In this document: piece after piece, positions 53,645 through 64,000 of the stretch
Layout of the letters: each line of letters begins with the position of its first letter
How positions within the stretch are numbered: position 1 is the first letter of the stretch
Assembly: GCA_951406725.2 (NCBI GenBank)
Contig: OX597821.1
Location: 81,964,001 to 82,028,000 of the forward strand
From: Octopus vulgaris
Lineage: Eukaryota
Reading direction: 5' to 3'
Length of the DNA: 64,000 bases
The notes under the pieces: model-generated
Databases searched by the model: none
What the model saw: the letters and a program-made list of their open reading frames with translations, nothing else
Told to the model about the DNA's origin: nothing
Position numbers and translations under genes: made by a program

Positions 53645-54045
53645 CTAAGTCTGTTTGGTGTGACACAGACTACAAAGTTACTTTTACAATATCTCCTTTG
53701 GTCTGATATAACTTACCTCAAGGTACTCTTACAATATTTATCTTGGCTTGATGCAATATCATACTATTGTAATATTTATTTTAGTTTGACATAGACTATT
53801 TGACATAGACTATCAAGATACTATTGCAATATCTGTCTTATTCTGACCTCATAGTACTATTACAATATCTCACTTTGTTTGACATAGGCTACATCAAGAT
53901 ATTATTACAATATCTGGCTAGACCTGTTATAGACTACTCAAAGGTACTATTGTTTTGGTCTGACAAAGACTACCTCAATGTAAATATAACATATCTTGGT
54001 TTCATAAAAAACATCAAGGTACTATTCTAAGATCTGCCTTGGTTT
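53645..54045 (+). repeat. Degenerate ~40-45-bp minisatellite
   Basis: Recurring TTGGTCTGACATAGACTAC.TCAAGGTACTATTACAATATCT-like units. More decayed units at ~52900-53160 and inverted at ~55860-56125. Confidence 0.7.
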
Positions 54046-54798
54046 CTTATTTTCATACATAATTGTATCTAAACAACATTATATAATGTGTTTGTCCTGT
54101 TTTTTTTAGGTGATGGAGATTTGGCTGGTATTTCTAGCAGGCTTAGTGAACATACAATGGTGACATCATTAGTTTCTATTAACTTAACTGGATGCTTACA
54201 GAAAGATATTGAATGATCACAGTACAAGAACATTTACCAAAAAAGAAAAACAAAAAAGGAAAGAAAAAGGATGAAAATGAGGAAATTTAAAAGCCATCCA
54301 CAATGGACCAGGTTAGGTAGAAAAGTCCTAAATAAAAAATTTGTCCAATAACACATGCAGAAATGTTTAGATATAAAAGATCACGACAGAACATATAGCA
54401 AAAAAAAAAAAAAAAGGGGGTAGAGAAAGGCGTTTTACCAAGATATTGTATTATTGACAATAAATGATAAAAACAAATAAGAAGGCATCGATATGCTAGT
54501 TGTATGAATGAGTTAAAGTCTTTATATAATCAATTGGAAGATAAGAAACAGAATATAATAAACCTAATGATGATATCTATAGACATCTAGAATACATTAT
54601 CTCTATACCAAAAAAAACACTGGCACTGGGTGTATAGTGGATATAACAGTAGGAGGTGGGGTACAAGTTAGATAATGGTAACTTACAAAGTTACGTCCAC
54701 AAGAGGTTTGTAACAGCATTCAGAAGAAATAGCAGTAAATTCGTATAAATAATCCCAGAACTGAAACAATGGTAGAATTTATATATATTTAATATTTT

Positions 54799-54830
<32 letters not shown>

Positions 54831-55464
54831 CTGTATATCTATATATATGTATGAATGTATGTATATATATATATATTCATTTATTCTTTTACTTGTTTCA
54901 GTCATTTGATTGTGGTCATGGGAGCTGTGTTGTTTTCTGACTTTGTAGGCATGTCCACCATTACTCAAATGAATCAACCCCAAGACTTATTCTTTGTAAG
55001 CCTAGTACTTATTCTATTGGTCTCTTTTGCTGAACCACTAAGTTACAGGGGACGTAAACACACCAACATCGGTTGTCAAGTGTTGTTGGGGGGACAAACA
55101 CAGACACAAACATATATATATATATATATATATTCATTTATTCTTTTACTTGTTTCAGTCATTTGCTGGAGGCACATGAAAAGCACATGAACGTGATAGA
55201 TGCCAGGTCCACCTGACTGGCTCCCATGCCAGTGGCACATAAAAAGCACCATCCAAACATAGTCAATGCCAGGTCCGCCTGACTGGTTCCTGTGCCGGTG
55301 GCATGTAAAAAGCACCCACTACACTCTCAGAGTGGTTAGCATTAGGAAGGGCATCCAGCTGTAGAAACTCTGCCAGATCAGATTGGAGCCTGGTGAAGCC
55401 ACTGGCTCTCCAGACCTCAATCAAACCGTCCAACCCATACCAGCATGGAAAACGGACGTTAATA

Positions 55465-55510
<46 letters not shown>

Positions 55511-56126
55511 GTGATGAGTGTGCGTATGTTTCTGTCCTATTATTTTGACATTAGGTGATTGTTGTAAATGAATGTCATTCCTTTCAAATATTCTGCAGAA
55601 TATCTTGCTTAGAAATAAGTAAGGGTTGGTAACATAAAGAGCATCCAGTCGTAGAAAATTTGCCTCAACAAATCCCAACTGGCCCATGCACACAAAGAAA
55701 AGTAGATGTTAAATTGATGATGATGACAATGATAATGATGACGACAACGATGATGATAATGATAATGATAATGACGATGACAATGATAATGATGACGACG
55801 ACGATGATGATGACGATAATGATGATGATGACGATGATGTTGATGAACAATATAGTCATATAAGGCTGTAGTAGTCTCTATGTCAAGACAATACAGATTT
55901 TGTAATAATACTTTAATACAGTGTATCTCATACCTAAAGTGGTATTGCAATGATGCATACATACTCTGATATACATATTTTCAGACTAGAGCAGGATTGG
56001 TAGAGTACCTGATGCTCTGATACAGTCTGTCTCAGACCTAGATAGAGATGTTTCATCATTTGTATAGTGACATTCATATGTGTTCTGGGCATAGACAGAT
56101 GTTGCAATGGTACTCTGGTATAGTTT

Positions 56127-56157
<31 letters not shown>

Positions 56158-56565
56158 GAAATAAGGAACTCTTAGATAAAACTGAGACATTAGATAAATG
56201 GAGAATTATGAAGAGAGAACAGACCTTAATCAGTGAACGAAGCATAATTGACAAATATAATTAAAAAAAAACAGGAAAAAAATCCAAAGTAGAACCAAAT
56301 GAAAATATGTGGCCTAAATGTTTTATGTCATTATTTTCAAAAGCTGTTGAGATAAGCTGCTTCGTGATTACCAAATACTGGAAGAGTGGTGGTTTTGCTA
56401 ATGTTTAGAATTAACAGTTATAGTTAAGGACTTGTTTATAAAAGACTGTATAAAGAAAAAAGGCCACAGCAGGATATGTGGATATGTGTGTGCGAGTGCA
56501 CACATGTGCATGTGCTTATGAGCTTATGAATCTTGCTGTGGATTATATAAACAGTAACTAGGTAT

Positions 56566-56602
<37 letters not shown>

Positions 56603-56729
56603 AACTATGAAATATGTGACAACTGTTAATAGGTGTCTCTCACAATGCCCAATAACACTAAATGTATATAAAAAAAGTGATGCACAGGGGTGAAATAAAT
56701 CACTTCATTTTTTAATTTACTGGTTACCA

Positions 56730-56803
<74 letters not shown>

Positions 56804-57322
56804 CCATGTATATGGACGCTCGGTTCAAAGTCTCTCTTGACCTCAAGTGGCCTGAACTCTTTACATGAACACCACCCTGTACATAACTCCATGTCCCCCT
56901 ACATGGCCTTGCTTTTTGCTTTTTGAGCCAAAAAATTAACTAACTAACATATATAATTTTACATCATCTTCATGATTTAACATTCATTTTCCATACTGGC
57001 ATGAGTTACACACACACACACACACATGTGTGTTTGTGTGTGTGTGTATGTATGTGAGCATGCATGTTATGCATGTACCCTTGTCTTTACATCATGTGAT
57101 AGCTGTAAGTGATTATCACCACCATGCAAATAGAGGTTGTCTTTTTCCAATTGTCCTTGGAAATATGTCCAACCAGGGGGGAAATAATACTTCCCTTGGA
57201 AACAGGTGAGGGTTAGCTACAGGAGGGACATCCAGCTGTAGGAAGCTTGTTTCATCAATTTCCATTGGACCTATTAAAGCATGGAAAAGTAGACAATGAT
57301 AATGAGACGAAGATGTGTATGC

Positions 57323-57357
<35 letters not shown>

Positions 57358-57413
57358 TATATGTATATGTATGTATATATGTATATATATATATATGTAT
57401 ATATGTGTATATA

Positions 57414-57489
<76 letters not shown>

Positions 57490-57492
<3 letters not shown>

Positions 57493-58232
57493 TGGTGTCA
57501 TGTAAAAAGCACCCAGTAGACTCTGCGAAGTTGTTGGCACTAGTTGTAAAAACTACATCAAAACAGACAATTGGAGCTTGCTAGCATCTCTCCAACTGTC
57601 CAATCCATGCCAGCATGGAAAATGGATGTTGAATGGCAATGATGATGATAACGATGATGATATATGTGTATATGTATGTATGTATGTATGTATGTATATA
57701 TATATATATATATATATATTCGTGGCCGATGCCAGCGCCGACTCGTGGCCGATGCCAGCGCCGCTTTGACTGGCTTCCGTGCCGGTGGCACGTAAAATAC
57801 TCCAATCCGACCGTACGACAGGCACCCATGCCAACCCCCTCTGCTTGTGAAGACATGTTGGGGCAAGCGAAATCGAAATTGAATTGAACCAGCCAGGATC
57901 CCTGGTCTGGTGGTACGTAAAAAGCACTATCCGACTCGTGGCCGATGCCAGCACCGCCTCGACTGGCTTCCGTGCCGGTGGCACATAAAATACACCAATC
58001 CGACCGTGGCCGTTGCCAGCCTCGCCTGGCACCTGTGCAGGTGGCACGTAAAAAGCACCCGCTACACTCACGGAGTGGTTGGCGTTAGGAAGGGCATCCA
58101 GCTGTAGAAACATTGCCAGATTAGACTGGAGCCTGGTGCAGCCTTCTGGCTTCCCAGATCCCCGGTCGAACCGTCCAACCCATGCTAGCATGGAGAACGG
58201 ACGTTAAACGATGATGATGATGATGATGATGA
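57490..58232 (+). mobile_element. Two copies of the (GAT)n-tailed element (old + young)
   Basis: Same sub-repeats and terminus. Further plus-strand copies at 55165-55510, 60178-60670 and 63830-64000. Confidence 0.85.
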
Positions 58233-58241
58233 TATATATAT

Positions 58242-58349
58242 ATAAAGTTAATCCAAACTAGAAAGCACAAAAAAACACAACAACGCGAGGACGTGGAACA
58301 AATATAGTATTATTGGACGCTCAGGAAAGAAGGAAAGAAGGAGGGTTTA
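58242..58349 (-). mobile_element. Second copy of the 36340-36517 Penelope-like element, 5'-truncated at the ribozyme cleavage site
   Basis: Its reverse complement aligns to 36415-36517 (AAACCCTCCTTC...GAGCGTCCAATAATACTATATTTGTTCCAC...TTTGGATTAACTTTAT). Embedded in TA-rich microsatellite. Confidence 0.8.
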
Positions 58350-58389
58350 TGTATATATGTATATAAATATATATATATTCTAGCAAAAA

Positions 58390-58427
58390 CTGTCTGATGA
58401 ACGGCAACGAGAAACTCAGAGTAACAG
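58390..58427 (+). ncRNA. Minimal hammerhead ribozyme motif
   Basis: CUGU-CUGAUGA-A-CG(GCAA)CG-A-GAAACUC-A-GAGUA^ACAG. Stem I CUGU/ACAG, GNRA-capped stem II with an A.A mismatch at its base, near-palindromic stem III ACUC-A-GAGU, GUA site. Confidence 0.7.
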
Positions 58428-58779
58428 ATTTTGTTGAATTTTCTGCTGATTTAAATAAAGTATATATATATATAAATGTATATATACATAATTAAACTTA
58501 CATTTATATTTATTAGATGCATCGAAATTTGTATAGTGCAATATAAGCCAGGAGTCCCATGGCTGTTTTGTTGATAACATTTTCCACCTTCTAAGTGTAA
58601 TTCAACCATTATTTCTGCTGTTCTAGCAACAAAACTGCATTCAAATATCACCTCCTTGTTTGTATCATACATTTCAACACTTCTAATGAAGACAAATGTA
58701 TGTTTGTTTATATATGTACACATGTGGTTGTTCCAATAAGCTATTTAGTGTCTAAACTCAGTAGAAGAATTGTCAATGA

Positions 58780-58849
58780 GCATTTTAGCTTAATGGTAAA
58801 ACCACCCAGCTGGAGTCTTGGGAGATGTGGGTTTGAGGCCCACGGCTGT
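58780..58849 (+). pseudogene. Decayed tRNA-like sequence flanked by 10-bp inverted repeats
   Basis: A-box TAGCTTAATGGT, stem CCCAG/TTGGG, T-arm GTGGG-TTTGAGG-CCCAC, poor acceptor stem. TTGTCAATGA (58770) and TCATTGACAA (58850) enclose it. Confidence 0.5.
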
Positions 58850-59259
58850 TCATTGACAACTTGTTCTACCTTTTAAGTGTTATTTACCTATTATTTCTAC
58901 TGTTCTAATGGCAATACTGTGTTCGAAAAAATATCACTTCCTTGTTTATATCACACACACACACACATCATCATCATCATCATCATCATTTTACGTTCGT
59001 TTTCCATGCTGGCATGGGTTGGACGGTTTGACTAAGGACTGGTGAGCCAGAGGTTGCACCAGACTCAATCTGATCTGGCAAAGTTTCTACAGCTGGATGC
59101 CCTTCCTAACGCCAATCACTCCAAGAGTGTAGTGGCTGCTTTTACGTGCCACTGGCATGAGGGCCAGTTAGGTGGTTCTGGCAATGACCACACTCAAAAG
59201 GTGTTTTTATGTGTTACCTGCATGGAAGCCAGTCTGGCGCCACTGGCAACGACCACACT

Positions 59260-59294
<35 letters not shown>

Positions 59295-59418
59295 AAATAA
59301 GCAGCAATGATATCCTGAGGTAATGCAGTATCCCTGTTGCTTATTTTGATTTGAATCATCTTATTTTGAAATTGTATGGATAATTCTGGTGCCTCAACTT
59401 AATCCATATTCATCTGAA

Positions 59419-59450
<32 letters not shown>

Positions 59451-59727
59451 CATGTATATATACATATATATATATGCATATATATATATATAAGGGAATC
59501 TTACATTGTGTATAAACTCTATATTTGGACAGACCCATTTTAAACTCTGTTGGACTTTTGGACTTTACTCATAGAGTATTGGAATATTACATATATACCA
59601 TTCTGCCTAAAAATGGATTTACAACTTCAATATCCATACATATCTTGCATCTATTTTCTTTCCTCCACCTCACTCTCTATTTTGTATCACATCTAAACTA
59701 ACTGTGACTTAACCATCCTCTCACACC

Positions 59728-59779
59728 GTCTCCGATGAAGAAATATAATTAATAAATATCCTGGAAACAGTTGTAAGAC
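59728..59779 (+). ncRNA. Hammerhead-like motif with CCGAUGA core variant, in an insert spanning ~59490-59841
   Basis: GUCU-CCGAUGA-(AU-rich imperfect stem II)-GAAAC-AGUU-GUA^AGAC. Stem I GUCU/AGAC. Stem III is one change from the palindrome ACAGCUGU. Confidence 0.6.
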
Positions 59780-59930
59780 CTATCTAAATGTTCTAATACC
59801 TACACGACCTTGGTTTTTTATCTCATTACGCAAAAAATTCTTATATATATATATATATATATATATTGATAAAACGGTAAGATAACAAAAGAAAGAAAGA
59901 GACCTCAATATTATGTAAATAGAGGAAATT

Positions 59931-60154
59931 TATCTATACAATATGTTACATTACTCGGTAGTCAAGATAAAACTCTGAGTTTCAGATGCCGAAGTGGAAA
60001 TCCACAACACCATCTCTTCGGTTATCTGGCTATTTGAAAAACGTTTTTCAAATAGCCAGATAACCGAAGAGATGGTGTTGTGGATTTCCACTTCGGCATC
60101 TGAAACTCAGAGTTTTATCTTGACTACCGAGTAATGTAACATATTGTATAGATA
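59931..60154. repeat. Perfect 224-bp palindrome (112-bp arms, no spacer)
   Basis: Compared base by base: 59931-60042 is the exact reverse complement of 60043-60154, centre GAAAAAC|GTTTTTC. The host insert (59867-60154) is flanked by (TA)n on both sides. Confidence 0.95.
60058..60120 (+). ncRNA. Hammerhead-like motif with CCGAAGA core variant (mirror copy on minus strand at 59965-60027)
   Basis: AGAUAA-CCGAAGA-GAUG...CAUC-U-GAAACUC-A-GAGUU^UUAUCU. 6-bp stem I AGAUAA/UUAUCU, stem II GAUG/CAUC with inner GUGGA/UCCAC hairpin, near-palindromic stem III. Confidence 0.65.
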
Positions 60155-60989
60155 TATATATATATATATATATATATTGGCACGTAAAAAGCACCCTTTA
60201 AATGTTGGACAATATACTGTGCTTTAGAAGACTTGTCAAGCCAAGTGAAATCGTAGTCATGGCTGATGCCAGTGTCGCAAATCTGGCACCCATGGTGGTG
60301 GCACATAAAAAGCACTCTTTGAACTTTGGGCCTCATGGAGACAGTGACAAGTGACCAATATCCTTGGCAATATATTGTGCTTGAGAAGACCTTTCAAGTC
60401 AAGTGAGATTGTAGTTTAGCCGATGTTGATGATCACATAACTGGCACCTGTGCTGGTGGCATGTAAAATGCACTCCCTATGCTTTTGGAGGGGTTGGCAT
60501 CAGGGAGAGCATCCAGCTGTAGAAACAATGTCAAATCAGACTGAAACCTAGTGCAGCTCCCCAGCTTACCAGTTTTCAGTCAAACAGTCCAACTCATGTC
60601 ATGGACGTTAATGATGATGATGACGATGATGATGATGATGATGATAATGATAATGATAATGATGATGATTGCACCTGTGGAATTAGTGATAATTCCTTTC
60701 TGAGTGATACAACAATGTTTCATATTGCTTACTGACACTCAGTATAAACAGACACAAAAATGCAAATGGCTGGAAAAAGTATGAACGTCACTACTTCCCA
60801 TTCTCCCTTTCCTAAAAAAACATCTCGGATTTCATGCTGATGTGAGTAGCGACTGTTATGAAACATGTACCGAAAAACATATGGTGCAAATATGAGGTAT
60901 AAACTAGGGCTGTGTTACTGATTCACTTCAGCACTATTTCTATCTGTTCCACATTTTCTTCTCTCTCCTTCTCTCCCTATATATATATA

Positions 60990-61026
<37 letters not shown>

Positions 61027-61041
61027 ATACATATCTATATC

Positions 61042-61093
<52 letters not shown>

Positions 61094-61970
61094 CTATCAC
61101 TTAAACATATGCTATATATATATATATGTATATATATATACATACATACATACACTCACAAAGTGTGGGCGATTAGTTCGCAATGTATTATGGAAAGCTA
61201 TGCAAGTTTACCTTATTTATAATTTTCATGATACCAAGTTTGATATTCCAGTGATATACCAGTGATGCAAACAAGTATAATAAACTGTATCTAAATATAT
61301 AATGTGGCATCTACCCTTATTATATAACATAACTCTACACTGACAGCTTGGAAAAGCAAACTGTTTGGACATCAGTGTGGAAGAAAATCAAATAAAATTT
61401 AATTATATTTATATATAAAAAAAAAAAGAATTACATGTTCATCTTGTAGACTTCTCCATTCTAGCAGACTAAAGAATGTACTTTGAACAAATGAATAATG
61501 CTTATGATCATTGAAATAACTGTTTAAATTCACAAGTCACAAATCACAGCTGTGCAGTGAAGACACAACAGATCAAAGGATGGAGTGTGGTGTGATTAAT
61601 TTCAAAACAAAAGAGTAGAAATCACAGAATGAATATTGAACAAAGTATGTGATGTTTGAATTTATCAGACGAATTAGATTGCAAGAGATTTACATGATGG
61701 CTGTTTTGATACAAATAAGAAGTAAAGTCTCCAATATCTTTGAGAAGCTACAGATAAAACTTTGTCTCAGCAAATGATGTTGTCTGTTGTAGATGTCTTC
61801 TTAAGTTCTTAATATTGATTTCGAATTTTAGCACATGACCAGTAATTTCGAGGGGAGGGGTAAGTCAATTATATCAATCCTAGGACATGAATGGTACCCA
61901 TTTTATCGAACCCAAAATGATGAAAGGCAGAGTCAATCATGGTAGAATTTGAACTCAGAATGTGAAGATT

Positions 61971-62420
<450 letters not shown>

Positions 62421-62710
62421 GGAATATGGATGAAATACCTCTAAGTATTTTGCTCGGCATGCTAACGATTCTGCCTGCTCACCATCCTCAGTTGTTAATA
62501 TTGGGAAAATTGAAAAATCAAAAGACACAATACAATGGTAACATTTATATAAAAATATCTAATTTTTTTCTTGATATTAAAAAAATTATATGATATCCTC
62601 TGGTTAATATTGATTTTTATGTATCAAGTCTGTAAATTTTATTAGCCCTGGAAGGTTGAAAATCAAGCTTAACCTCTGTGGGTTTTGAACTCAGAACACA
62701 AAAAAATATT

Positions 62711-62878
62711 ACTGATATCACATATTTAATGCACATGTCTTGTTTATGTGCCTATTGACTGTGGGATTTGTCCAAGGAAAAGTCCCTTTAAAATGTGGAG
62801 AAGGAACTTTATCGTGGATGAATCCTGCACCCAATAAGTGCATAAACAAAGCATATACATTGAGTATGTGACATCAGT
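62711..62878. repeat. Old palindromic element (MITE-like hairpin, ~80-bp arms)
   Basis: ACTGATATCACATATTTAATGCACATG... pairs with ...CATATACATTGAGTATGTGACATCAGT. Several arm differences are TG vs CA, the signature of CpG decay. Confidence 0.8.
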
Positions 62879-64000
62879 GATGTTTACATTGTTAGAACAG
62901 CTTCTAATTCAGAAAGAAATACAACTTATTATCACAACATCTTTATTCTGAGACTCTATTATTTCTGCCAATCCATCACCTATATCTCTGATAAATGTTA
63001 GAATGGTGAAGTTCTGCATAGCAACAAGCCAAACTCTTACAACTGTACATATTGAATATAAGACAAAGTTGAGTATTCTGAATATTTGATGTTTGACCAA
63101 CTGATGCCAACAAACAAAGAATTACACATATCTTGTCTCGAAGTAATCAATCATGAATAAGGATTTCACAATGAGATAAAGTCAAGAATCTACAAATGCT
63201 TCTTTTTGCTGTAAGAGGCAGATAGCAATAACAGCAATTCGTATTGATATGATCATTGATATTCAGAGGAAAATCTAATTGGATATCTTCATGATATTTT
63301 GAAGATATACTTGCAGCATTTTTTTCATTTTTAACAAAGTTAGCAATAATACTGTAGATATGCAAAAAATGTTCAAAATGAAACTTAGAATTTAAGAGAA
63401 ATAAAGCATTCTTACATCAGTTCTTTGAACATAAGAAAGAAATCTATGTCCCAATGAAATATCCAGGTACTTTCTCCCAAGCACATCCCCTCGAAAAGAG
63501 AATGGTAATAAGAAAGCAACAGCAGAGTAACTATTGCTTGATCAGAAGTTTGAGGAATGAGTTTGAATAAGAAATTACACAGTGAATACCAAACACTGGT
63601 AAACAGCACAGGCCCTCAAAATAAACCTTACTACCTCTCTTTTATTCACCCTCCTGTGACTTGAGGGTATGCTGTGACACATTTTCCCCACAGTCCTCCC
63701 TCTCTTCCAACTGGGGTAACCATATATCTCTTCTCTCATATTTTAGATTCTCATCACCTGGTACAAAATCAATTCACTCGACTACTTCACCCACTCAATT
63801 GAGGGATCTTGTCTTGTGAGTTGACTTTATTAGTGCTGGGGCCACATAAAAAGCACCCAGTGCACTCTGTCAAATGATTGGTGTTAGGAAGGGCAACTAG
63901 CCATAAGAAACTATGTCAAAGCAGAGGAATGGAGTTTGTTGCAATTCTTTGCTTCATCAGCACCTGTTGAACCATCCAACCTATGCTAGAATGGGAAATG

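Noticed and set aside
62900-63615. Unique-looking segment with three short minus-strand ORFs
   Set aside because: Frequent stops and no motif I can recognise. Possibly a very old transposon remnant, but unsupported.

Overview
Repeat-saturated, AT-rich eukaryotic genomic DNA. The SINE/LINE repertoire and extreme microsatellite density point to a coleoid cephalopod, probably Octopus (inference). Most supplied ORFs are microsatellite or repeat artefacts. The real coding signal is absent from the ORF track: two small minus-strand exons (18661-18778 and 10940-10977, canonical AG/GT, compatible phases) splice into an atypical C1 zinc finger, PQDAEETCIVHNFQPHRVVQPHQCLVCKKIIWNQGSSCV|DCHIICHRKCETE. 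Its sequence and exon phases fit the N-terminus of a tensin, so most of the window is probably the 5' intronic/upstream region of a tensin gene, with several candidate alternative 5' exons. The rest is several tRNA-derived SINE types, decayed CR1 and RTE LINE pieces, and hAT, mariner and piggyBac-type MITEs. The most striking hidden feature is a set of short, probably Penelope-derived inserts, mostly in (TA)n tracts, that carry minimal hammerhead ribozyme motifs at five loci with unrelated flanks. One lies in a perfect 224-bp spacer-less palindrome, two have a CCGA instead of CUGA core, all unpaired copies are antisense to the host gene, and one sister copy begins exactly at the predicted cleavage site. 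All coordinates were read by eye. Family names are recollection or inference, not database hits.
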